Assembly (NCBI GenBank): GCA_029246845.1
Contig: JAQWMJ010000036.1
Location: 1-45,619, forward strand
DNA length: 45,619 nucleotides
Reading direction: 5' to 3'
DNA from: Thermodesulfobacteriota bacterium
GTDB lineage: Bacteria > Desulfobacterota_D > UBA1144
Shown in pieces: positions 37,199 through 45,619 of this stretch; position 1 is the first letter of the stretch; every line of letters begins with the position of its first letter. A program made the translations under genes and the position numbers. The notes beneath the pieces were generated by a model. The model saw only the letters and a list, made by a program, of their open reading frames with translations. It did not search any database and was not told where the DNA came from.

Positions 37199-39679
37199 AT
37201 GAAAAAAACTAAAATGAAAGTTAAAGAGTTGGCATTAGAAGTTTCTGTTGAAATCAAAGATATATTGTCTAAATGTAAAGATCTTTCTATCATTGCAAGG
37301 AGTGCTTCAAGTAGTATCGAAGATGAAGATGTTGTGAGAATTAAAAATTCATTCGCAAAATCTAAAATTGTGACTAAGACATCTGAAAGAGATACTGTTA
37401 AACGAAGTGGAGCAAAGGTAACTATAAGAAGAAAGAAGGCTATCATAAAAGAAGAGCCTAAAGATGAGGAAGTTAAAGCAGAAGTTGAAAATCAAAAAAT
37501 TGATGCTAAAAATTTAGTTGAAGAAATCAAAGAAGACGAATTGAAAGATGAGAGTATTACTAAGGCTGAAGAGCCATCTGTAAGGGCCGAGGGTAGCTCT
37601 AGTAAGGCTCCAAATCAACCAGAGAAAAAAGAGAGCCAAACACCGAGTTCACCGCCAAGTTTTAACGCAAACAAAAAGAAAGACTCTGATAAGTTGAAAC
37701 CAAAAAAGAAATCAAAAATAAAAGTTTCTAATGAAGTAATAATGGATGATGATGCAATGGATGCTCTTAAAAGCGCTGTAAAAGCAAAGCTTCCAGGAAC
37801 CAGAAAAGAATTTTTAGTTTCAAATAATTTCCCTAAGAAAAATAGAAATTCAAAAGATTCTCAATCATCTGAACTCTCAGAAGATAGTTTAGAAAAAGAT
37901 GAAGGAAATTCCAAAAAGAAAACAAATAAAATAAAGATTCAAGAAAAGATTTTAGTTACTCTTCTTGCAAGCAAGCTTAAAGTTAAAATAAATGAAGTAA
38001 TAAAGAAAGCTTCTGCCTTAGGTCTGACTGTAACTTTTAAAGATGAGATTGACTCAGATGAAGCAACAATAATTGCTTCAGAATTTAATTATGATGTAGA
38101 GGTAGACTCTTATAATGAGAAATCTGTTTTAAATGAAGGTGTTATTAGAAGAGATTCTGATATTAAGGTTAGGCCTCCAATTATTACAGTAATGGGGCAT
38201 GTTGACCACGGTAAAACATCACTCCTTGATTATATTAGAAAGTCCAAAGTTGCCGACAAGGAGTATGGTGGAATAACCCAGTCAATAGGTGCTTACAGTG
38301 TTGATTTTAACGGTAGAGATTTAGTTTTTATAGATACTCCAGGACATTCGGCCTTTTCATCAATGAGATCACGAGGAGCGAGTCTTACTGATATTGTAAT
38401 ATTAGTTGTCGCTGCAGATGATGGTGTAATGCCGCAGACAATTGAAGCAATCAACCATGCTAAGTCTGCAAATGTTCCTATAATTGTCGCAATAAATAAA
38501 ATTGACAAACCTGATTCTAATATCGATGTAGTTAAGACCAAATTATCTGAGCACGGACTATCTCCAGAGGATTGGGGAGGGGATACTACTTTCGTTGGCG
38601 TTTCTGCTCTTAATGGTGATGGGATTGATGAGCTTCTAGAGCTTATAAGTCTGCAAGCTGAAGTAATGGAGCTAAAAGCTAATTCTGAAATCTTATCTTC
38701 TGGGTATGTTTTAGAATCTTTCCTTGATAAAGGCCGAGGTGTAGTTGCGACAATAATACCCAAAGAAGGTAAGATTCAGCGGGGAGATACTATTCTTTGT
38801 GGGACAAGTTCAGGAAAAGTCAGGGCGCTAATCAATGATAAAGGTGAGCAACTTAAAGTATCAGGGCCTTCTATGCCAATAGAAATTTTAGGTTTAAACA
38901 CAGTGCCTGATGCAGGACTTCAGTATCATATTGTAAAAAACGAAAAGATAGCAAAAGAAGTTATAAAGAATAGACAGGATACAATCCAAGAAGAAGCAAC
39001 CTTCAGTAAGCATACTGTCGATTTAGATTTTATTAACTCTGATCTTCTATTAGGCGCTATAAAAGAGTTACCTATTATTATTAAAGCTGACACCCAAGGA
39101 TCACTAGACGCGTTAGTTTCAGCTCTATTTAATTTTGAATCATCAAAGTGTAAGGCAAAATTAGTTCATAGCGCTGTTGGAAATATCAATGAATCGGACT
39201 TTGTCCTTGCCGAATCAACTGGGTCAATCATATTAAGCTTTGGAACTGATATGGAACCAAAAGTGAAATCACTTTTAGATAAATCTTCTGTAAGATGTGA
39301 AACCTTTAAAATAATATATGAAATTTTAGACAGGATTAAGGAATTACTAGAAGGCCTCCTAGATCCAATTTTAGAAGAAAGAGTTCTTGGTCATGCTGAA
39401 ATAAAAGAAATATTTAATCTTACAAAACAGGGAAGAGTTGCAGGCTGTATGATAACTGACGGTAAAGCCATACGAGGATCTAATATAAGGATTCAACGAG
39501 AAGGCGAGGTGATGTTTGAGTCTGAACTTAATTCTCTTAAAAGATTCAAAGATGATGTAAAAGAAGTTGCCAATGGTTTTGAATGCGGTATAGGTTTTGA
39601 CAACGATGATGATATTAAGCAGGGAGATATTGTCGAAATTTTTACCTTTGATAAAATTAGCCAAAAGATAGATTTTTAA
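37199..39679 (+). CDS. infB: translation initiation factor IF-2
   Basis: Motifs RPPIITVMGHVDHGKTSLLD, DTPGH, NKID, SLKRFKDDVKEV. Confidence 0.98.
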   Translation: MKKTKMKVKELALEVSVEIKDILSKCKDLSIIARSASSSIEDEDVVRIKNSFAKSKIVTKTSERDTVKRSGAKVTIRRKKAIIKEEPKDEEVKAEVENQKIDAKNLVEEIKEDELKDESITKAEEPSVRAEGSSSKAPNQPEKKESQTPSSPPSFNANKKKDSDKLKPKKKSKIKVSNEVIMDDDAMDALKSAVKAKLPGTRKEFLVSNNFPKKNRNSKDSQSSELSEDSLEKDEGNSKKKTNKIKIQEKILVTLLASKLKVKINEVIKKASALGLTVTFKDEIDSDEATIIASEFNYDVEVDSYNEKSVLNEGVIRRDSDIKVRPPIITVMGHVDHGKTSLLDYIRKSKVADKEYGGITQSIGAYSVDFNGRDLVFIDTPGHSAFSSMRSRGASLTDIVILVVAADDGVMPQTIEAINHAKSANVPIIVAINKIDKPDSNIDVVKTKLSEHGLSPEDWGGDTTFVGVSALNGDGIDELLELISLQAEVMELKANSEILSSGYVLESFLDKGRGVVATIIPKEGKIQRGDTILCGTSSGKVRALINDKGEQLKVSGPSMPIEILGLNTVPDAGLQYHIVKNEKIAKEVIKNRQDTIQEEATFSKHTVDLDFINSDLLLGAIKELPIIIKADTQGSLDALVSALFNFESSKCKAKLVHSAVGNINESDFVLAESTGSIILSFGTDMEPKVKSLLDKSSVRCETFKIIYEILDRIKELLEGLLDPILEERVLGHAEIKEIFNLTKQGRVAGCMITDGKAIRGSNIRIQREGEVMFESELNSLKRFKDDVKEVANGFECGIGFDNDDDIKQGDIVEIFTFDKISQKIDF

Positions 39680-40657
39680 ATGAATAACGCTACTATTGAA
39701 GAATTAAAGTTATTAATTTTAAGCAAAAAGAAGGTTCTAATAATTAGCCACTACAATCCAGATGGTGACGCAATAGGCTCTTCTTTTGGTTTAGCCAGTT
39801 ATCTAGAATTATATAACATAGAATCCCATGTCTACAATAAGCATAAAGTACCCGAATACTTGAGTTTTTTATCTATAAAAAACTTTCATAATTCACTAGA
39901 GACTATTCCTAATGATATAGATTTGTATATCGCTCTAGATTTTAATGATTTTGAAAGATCGGGTGACCAAATGATGGAACATCTTAAAAATAAAATTTAT
40001 GAAAAAAATCAGACTCTTATAGTTTTAGATCATCATGAAAACAACAAGATAGAATCAGGTCATTTTATGATAGATACCTCTGCTTCCTCAACTGGAATTA
40101 TAATTTATAGGATTTTATCAAAATTTGAAAAAAAAATAGACACAAAAACTGCAACATGCTTACTTACAACAATAATTACTGATACTTCTTCGTTTAAGAA
40201 TTCAAATTCAAACATTGAATCTTTTAAAGTTTCCTCAAATTTGTTTCAATTGGGTGCAGATTTGCAACTAATTAATCAGAACATTTTTAAATTAGGAAAT
40301 ATCAAAAAATTGAAGCTAAGAAATAAGATTCATTCTACTTTGTTGTTCGTAGAAGATTTAAAATTAGCAATTTGTTACGCAACAAATGACTTTTATTCAG
40401 ATACTGCAACTTCAAAGGAAGATTCGGAAGGTATATCAAACGGATTAATCTTTTACGATGATGTTGAGATAGGAATTTTTATAAGAGAAATCGGAGATGA
40501 GAAGTGGAAGATAAGTACTAGAACTAATAATTACATAGACCTTTCTATCTTTGCTGGAACCTTTGGTGGTGGGGGACATAAAAATGCATCTGGATTTTCA
40601 TTTCATGGAAAGCTAGAAAATTTGATTGATAAAATAATAGAAACCCTAAAAAAATGA
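39680..40657 (+). CDS. nrnA: DHH-family nanoRNase / pAp phosphatase
   Basis: Motifs HYNPDGDAIGS, DHH, TDTSSF, GGGGHKNASG. Confidence 0.9.
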   Translation: MNNATIEELKLLILSKKKVLIISHYNPDGDAIGSSFGLASYLELYNIESHVYNKHKVPEYLSFLSIKNFHNSLETIPNDIDLYIALDFNDFERSGDQMMEHLKNKIYEKNQTLIVLDHHENNKIESGHFMIDTSASSTGIIIYRILSKFEKKIDTKTATCLLTTIITDTSSFKNSNSNIESFKVSSNLFQLGADLQLINQNIFKLGNIKKLKLRNKIHSTLLFVEDLKLAICYATNDFYSDTATSKEDSEGISNGLIFYDDVEIGIFIREIGDEKWKISTRTNNYIDLSIFAGTFGGGGHKNASGFSFHGKLENLIDKIIETLKK

Positions 40658-41544
40658 ATGAAATTATCATAGTTGATAAACCTTATGGATTAACATCTTC
40701 GTATGTTGTTAACAAATTAAAAAAATATTTTGGAGCGTCTAAGGCTGGCCATTCAGGAACATTGGATCCATTGGCTACTGGTGCTCTTGTAGTCTATTTT
40801 GATGATATGACAAAAATTATTCCATTTATTGATGAATCAACAAAGAAGTATAAAGTAAAAATTTTATTCGGTATTGAGACAGATACCTTAGATATCTCTG
40901 GACAGATTTTACGTACTTCGAAGGTTAAAGATTATTCGCATATTGATTTTCTTGATGTTGTGAAAAATTTTATTGGAGATTACGATTATACTCCTCCAAG
41001 CTTTTCTGCCATCAAAATCAAAGGAGTACCATCGTATAAATATGCAAGACAAGGAAGAAGCGTAGATTTACCAAAGAAAAAGTCGATCATTAAAGATATA
41101 GAAGTAATCAATTCAGGAATTTCTATTGTAAATCTAATCGTTAAGTCATCTAAGGGAACTTATATTAGAGCTCTAGCTAGAGATATAGGCCAGCATGTTG
41201 GCTCATTTTCAACTGTCTCTAAGTTAGAACGGTTAGAAACTGGTAAGTTTAAAATTGAAGATTCCAATGATTATTATTCTATTTTAGATGGCAAGAAACC
41301 CAGCTTTTTTTCTCTGAGTAAACTATTTCCGTTCATAGAAATTGACAATAATGATGTTGATAAAATATCAAAGCAGAAGAATTATAAAAAAGTAGATTTG
41401 CAAGAATTAATCGATAAGAAGATTCAAAATCCATTTATTGTAATGGTAAACAGTGACACTCCTATCCTTATAACTACTAATAAATTTAATAATAATAAGG
41501 AATATGTTTCCTCTGAAATAAAGTTTTTTAGTAAAAAAGATTAA
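40654..41544 (+). CDS. truB: tRNA pseudouridine(55) synthase
   Basis: Motifs DKPYGLTS, GHSGTLDPLATG, PPSFSAIK, SKGTYIRALARD. Confidence 0.96.
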   Translation: MNEIIIVDKPYGLTSSYVVNKLKKYFGASKAGHSGTLDPLATGALVVYFDDMTKIIPFIDESTKKYKVKILFGIETDTLDISGQILRTSKVKDYSHIDFLDVVKNFIGDYDYTPPSFSAIKIKGVPSYKYARQGRSVDLPKKKSIIKDIEVINSGISIVNLIVKSSKGTYIRALARDIGQHVGSFSTVSKLERLETGKFKIEDSNDYYSILDGKKPSFFSLSKLFPFIEIDNNDVDKISKQKNYKKVDLQELIDKKIQNPFIVMVNSDTPILITTNKFNNNKEYVSSEIKFFSKKD

Positions 41545-41607
41545 ACTTACTTGATTTTATTGAATTATTCATTAATTATTAAGCTATTAAAAATTAAAGA
41601 GGTTGTT

Positions 41608-41868
41608 TTGACGATTAACAAACAAGAGATAATATCTGAATTCGGGAGTAATCCCAAGGATACTGGCTCAACAGCAGTTCAGATTTCTATACTAACAAAA
41701 AGAATAGAGGTTCTTACTAAGCATATTCAAGTTATGAAAAAAGATGTTTCTTCAAGAAGAGGTCTTTTGCTTCTCATAGACAAAAGAAGGAAGTTACTTA
41801 AGTATATTAAAAATAAAAATAATAGTCAGTATTTAGACTTGTTAAATAAGCTAGGTTTAAGAAAATAA
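41608..41868 (+). CDS. rpsO: 30S ribosomal protein S15
   Basis: Motifs DTGSTAVQI, SRRGLL, LGLRK. TTG start at 41608 after GAGG. Confidence 0.95.
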   Translation: MTINKQEIISEFGSNPKDTGSTAVQISILTKRIEVLTKHIQVMKKDVSSRRGLLLLIDKRRKLLKYIKNKNNSQYLDLLNKLGLRK

Positions 41869-41874
41869 CATTTA

Positions 41875-43974
41875 ATGACAAATTATAAAAAAATAACTGA
41901 AAATATAGAAGGTAAAGATTTTACTTTTGAAACTGGAAAACTTGCTAAACAGGCAGATGGATCAGTATTTGCACAAATTGGAGATACACAAGTACTTGCC
42001 ACTGTTGTAAGTTCTCATGATGCAGTTGATGGAGATTTTCTTCCGCTTACTGTTAACTATCAAGAAAAAGCCTTTGCTGCAGGAAAAATACCCGGTGGCT
42101 TTTTTAAACGAGAAGGTAGGCCAACTGAAGCTGAAACTCTTATATGTAGATTGATAGACAGACCCTTAAGACCTATGTTTCCTAAGGATTACAATTTTCC
42201 AACTCAAATTATAATCTCAGTATATTCTGCTGATGATGTAAACCCACCCGATGTGCTAGCTTTAACGGCGGCTTCTGCTGCTTTAACTGTTTCTGATATA
42301 CCATGGGATGATCCTATAGCAGCTGTTAGAGTAGGAAGAGTGGACGGAAAACTTATTTGCAACCCAAGTTATGAAGAAATAGAAAATGCTGATTTAAACT
42401 TTATAGTTGCAGGTAGCTCAGATGCCATATTGATGGTTGAGGGCGGTGCTGATGTTGCACCTGAAGATGACATAATTAATGCGCTTATGTATGGGCATGA
42501 ACAAATCAAGAAATTAATCGAATTTCAAAAGAAGTTAACACCTGAAAACTTAACTAAAAGAGAATTTATTGAGAAAAAAGTTGATGAAACTTTGGTTTCT
42601 TCTGTTGACGGTATAGTTGCCAACGATATAGGCGAGGCAGCAACCATTAAATCTAAGCAAGAACGTAGTTCCAGATTTAAGGAAATATATTCTTCAGCTA
42701 TTCTAAAACTTGAAAATGATGATAATTTTGATGAAAAAGAAGTTAAGTCAATTTTTGACAAAATAAGAAAGAATTCAATTAGAAATATGATGATAAGTAA
42801 GAAGACCAGGATTGATGGTAGAGGATTTGAAGATATCAGAGATATATCATCTGAAATTACCCTTTTACCAAGAGCACATGGCTCAGCTGTTTTCACTAGA
42901 GGCGAAACTCAAGCACTTGTGGCAGTTACTTTAGGAAGCAAAGAAGATCAACAAAGAGTTGACTCGTTAATTGGTGAAGAAAAAAAACCATTTATGCTTC
43001 ATTACAACTTCCCACCATTTAGTGTTGGTGAAGTTTCAATGAGACTTGGCACTGGAAGAAGAGAAATTGGTCATGGTGAGTTAGCCAAAAGAGCAGTTAA
43101 GGCAGTTCTTCCCGGAGCTGAGGACTTCCCCTATACAATTAGGATTGTCTCAGATGTTCTTGAGTCAAATGGATCATCCTCTATGGCTACTGTTTGTGGC
43201 TCCTCACTCTCATTAATGGATGCAGGTGTTCCTGTTAAAGCTCCTGTTGCTGGAATTGCTATGGGTCTAATAAAAGAGGGAGACGAGTATATAATCCTCT
43301 CAGATATTCTAGGTGACGAAGATCACTTGGGAGATATGGATTTTAAAGTATGTGGAACCTCTGAAGGTATTACAGCTTTGCAAATGGATATTAAAATCAA
43401 AGGTATAAGTAAAGATATAATGACGGAAGCTTTAGAGCAGGCAAAAAAGGGAAGGAATCATATATTGTCAGAAATGGCTCAAACCATTTCATCTCAGAAA
43501 GATAACATCTCTCCATTTGCTCCAAGAATCACTACAATAATGGTGGACCCTGCAAAGATTAAGGACATAATAGGTTCTGGCGGAAAAAATATTAGGAAAC
43601 TTATAGAAGATAACAACGTTAAAATAGATGTGGATGATACGGGAAGAGTTAATGTTATAGCTGTCAACGAAGATGATGCAAAAGGCGCGCTCAAGGATAT
43701 TGCATATATCGTCAGAGATATAGATGTAGGTGAGTACTATATAGGTACCGTGAAAAGAGTTCTAGATTTTGGCGCAATTGTTGGCTTAAGTCCTACCATG
43801 GACGGTCTGATTCATGTGTCTGAACTCGCCAAAGAAAGAGTTGGAAAAGTAACTGATATTTTAAACGAAGGTGATGAAGTCTTAGTTAAGTGCTTAGAGA
43901 AAGGAAGAGATGGTAAGATTAGGTTGAGTAGAAAAGAGGCTCTCGATCAAGACATTGAAAATTTCAGAGAATAA
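41875..43974 (+). CDS. pnp: polyribonucleotide nucleotidyltransferase
   Basis: Motifs GKIPGGFFKREG, RREIGHG, ESNGSSSMA, DHLGDMDFKV; KH and S1 domains. Confidence 0.98.
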   Translation: MTNYKKITENIEGKDFTFETGKLAKQADGSVFAQIGDTQVLATVVSSHDAVDGDFLPLTVNYQEKAFAAGKIPGGFFKREGRPTEAETLICRLIDRPLRPMFPKDYNFPTQIIISVYSADDVNPPDVLALTAASAALTVSDIPWDDPIAAVRVGRVDGKLICNPSYEEIENADLNFIVAGSSDAILMVEGGADVAPEDDIINALMYGHEQIKKLIEFQKKLTPENLTKREFIEKKVDETLVSSVDGIVANDIGEAATIKSKQERSSRFKEIYSSAILKLENDDNFDEKEVKSIFDKIRKNSIRNMMISKKTRIDGRGFEDIRDISSEITLLPRAHGSAVFTRGETQALVAVTLGSKEDQQRVDSLIGEEKKPFMLHYNFPPFSVGEVSMRLGTGRREIGHGELAKRAVKAVLPGAEDFPYTIRIVSDVLESNGSSSMATVCGSSLSLMDAGVPVKAPVAGIAMGLIKEGDEYIILSDILGDEDHLGDMDFKVCGTSEGITALQMDIKIKGISKDIMTEALEQAKKGRNHILSEMAQTISSQKDNISPFAPRITTIMVDPAKIKDIIGSGGKNIRKLIEDNNVKIDVDDTGRVNVIAVNEDDAKGALKDIAYIVRDIDVGEYYIGTVKRVLDFGAIVGLSPTMDGLIHVSELAKERVGKVTDILNEGDEVLVKCLEKGRDGKIRLSRKEALDQDIENFRE

Positions 43975-44878
43975 CAAGAAGAAATTAATAGTTCTTACAG
44001 GTACAACATGTACCGGAAAATCCTTAACAGCTTTAAATTTAAATGATTTAATTTCGTCAGAAATAATTTCTGCGGATTCTATGCTTGTATATAGATATTT
44101 TGATATCGGAACAGCAAAACCAACAAAAGAAATTCTTAGTAAAACCAAGCACCATTTAGTAGATATAGTCGATCCTGATGATGAATTTGATGCATGGAAA
44201 TTCATGGAACTAAGTAGAGAAGTAATTGATAAATCAAATTTAAATAATTTCATAGTTGTAGGAGGTACTCAGCTTTATATCAAATCCTTGATAGAGGGTC
44301 TAACTTTTGATATATCGAAGAATGATCATATTAGAAAGTCCATAGTGAAAGAACTAGAGCTTTATGGGATTGATCACCTATACTCTAAATTAAAAGAATT
44401 AGATTCTGAGGGTGCAGCTATGATTAGCTCTAATGATAAGCAACGCATTATTAGGTATCTTGAAATCAACTATATAACTGGTCAAAGAGTTTCCCAAGTA
44501 TTTAAGATGAAATCAAATCAAAAAATTCAAAATGTTGATTATGTAAAAGTTGGATTATCGATAAATAGAGAAAGTGTTAATACTATGATTAACAAAAGGG
44601 TAGATCAAATGATAAGGGATGGATTAGTTCAGGAGGTTGTTGAATTAAAAAAAAGATACAATAAGAAAATATAGCCATTTAACTCTATTGGTTACAAAGA
44701 AATATGCTTATATCTCAACTCTGAAGTCTCATTAGAGCAGGCAGTGGAATTGATAAAGATACGAACAAGGCAATTTGCAAAAAGGCAAAGGACATGGCTC
44801 AGGAAAGATGAGGAGATAAAATGGTTTGATCATGTTGAAGATTTAATCAATTTTTGTACAAAATATACATTTAGCTAA
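43955..44878 (+). pseudogene. miaA: tRNA dimethylallyltransferase interrupted by one in-frame TAG (44672-44674)
   Basis: GTTCTGKS, SADSMLVY, DIGTAKP and VGGT come before the stop. The same frame continues PFNSIGYKE...TRQFAKRQRTW to a TAA at 44876-44878, giving about 307 codons in total. Confidence 0.85.
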
Positions 44879-45221
44879 TTACTAGTTTAATTCCTGCTAG
44901 CACCATAAATAAACCAAAGAATATTCTTAAATTCTCAGGAGATACTGTTTGAGCTATCTTAGAACCAAAAAATATTCCAATGCAAAAGAATAATCCAATT
45001 GCCAAGGCAGCTTTGATGTCAACATTCCCATTTTGATAATAGTTAAAAGCTCCAATCGCTACAACAGGTATAGTTAGAACTGCAAGCGATGTACCTTGAG
45101 CTAAATGCTGATTAAACTTGGCAAAAAAAATAAGAAATGGAACCATTATTAGTCCACCCCCAATACCCATAAAGCCACTGAGAAAACCACCTACTAAACC
45201 AGTTAAGATAAAATAAATCAT
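44871..45221 (-). CDS. half-size TauE/SafE (TSUP) family membrane protein
   Basis: Motifs GFLSGFMGIGGGLIMVP and AQGTSL; 4 TM segments. ATG at 45221 is preceded by AGGAGG. Confidence 0.88.
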   Translation of the reverse strand: MIYFILTGLVGGFLSGFMGIGGGLIMVPFLIFFAKFNQHLAQGTSLAVLTIPVVAIGAFNYYQNGNVDIKAALAIGLFFCIGIFFGSKIAQTVSPENLRIFFGLFMVLAGIKLVIS

Positions 45222-45619
45222 TAAATACCTCCTTTTTGATTCACGCAACCCTTAATTTCTGCAGATGAAATCTGTTTTATAGAATTATATTTACTAATAT
45301 TATTAAAAAATTTCTGACTTTCGTTGCAAGATCCTTTGCTTGCTAAAGCTCTAGCTTTTAAAGAGTAAGTCAGCTCAGTTGATATTGTAGAACCCACTTG
45401 TTTGATACTATCTAGTACCAAGAGCGACTCGTCATACTTACCTTCTTCGATTAAGTTATTTGCATGTAAAAGTTTAATAGAGATTGAAGAGCTATAAGAT
45501 GGATCAATAGATTCAATTAATTTAACAATTTTTACTTTATCCTTAAAGACCTTATTGTTGATGGCAGAATTAACAATATTGTTATTTTGAAGCTGCTTGG
45601 CTTCTTTGTTGTTTATTAT
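45221..45619 (-). CDS. 3' part of a helical TPR-like (possibly YfgM-like) protein, truncated by the window edge
   Basis: Reading frame is open from 45619 to the stop at 45221, with ANNLIEEGKYDESL and KARALASKG TPR-like helices. Confidence 0.6.
   Translation of the reverse strand: MINNKEAKQLQNNNIVNSAINNKVFKDKVKIVKLIESIDPSYSSSISIKLLHANNLIEEGKYDESLLVLDSIKQVGSTISTELTYSLKARALASKGSCNESQKFFNNISKYNSIKQISSAEIKGCVNQKGGI

Noticed and set aside
699-44253. Numerous 60-156 aa ORFs antisense to or nested within recognised genes (e.g. 699-917, 9379-9669, 32390-32722, 38293-38763, 42525-42896)
   Set aside because: They are shadow frames of well-supported genes and show no motifs or start signals.
44672-44674. 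Genome-wide TAG reassignment or pyrrolysine
   Set aside because: TAG is the normal terminator of mlaF, gltA, rimP and the tmRNA tag in this window, and no pyl genes are seen.
1-45619. CRISPR arrays, prophage, IS elements, defence systems
   Set aside because: I found no spaced direct repeats and no integrase, transposase, phage or defence-like ORFs; intergenic gaps are too short to hide them.

Overview
This is a very AT-rich (roughly 30% GC by eye), densely packed bacterial core-genome window with no CRISPR array, rRNA, tRNA, integrase or transposase that I can see. Gene order is: MFS transporter; alr, a WP-repeat exported protein, mlaE, mlaF, long mlaD, smpB, ssrA (tmRNA), rdgB; pyrG, an RNB ribonuclease, gltA; an 11-subunit complex I operon (nuoA, fused nuoBC, nuoD, nuoH-N, with no nuoEFG); M42 peptidase; a small Cys/His protein; PTPS/QueD and gloA; a cytochrome c maturation cluster (ccmABCDEF with Cys-type CcmE) followed by a membrane-anchored cytochrome c fusion; small orphan ORFs; rsmE and cobA/hemD; uvrB; rimP-nusA-infB-nrnA-truB-rpsO-pnp-miaA (miaA interrupted by an in-frame TAG); a half-size TauE/SafE protein; and a partial TPR-like gene. 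Gene content and order look deltaproteobacterial. Combined with the streamlining, this would fit something like marine Ca. Dadabacteria, but that assignment is inference only. The best candidates for an undescribed system are (1) an MCE lipid transporter whose MlaD carries four 34-aa repeats and is translationally coupled to an exported ~20-fold [FL][WF]P repeat protein in place of MlaA/MlaC, and (2) a divergent System I* heme-delivery cluster whose CcmC appears to lack its second heme-ligand His.
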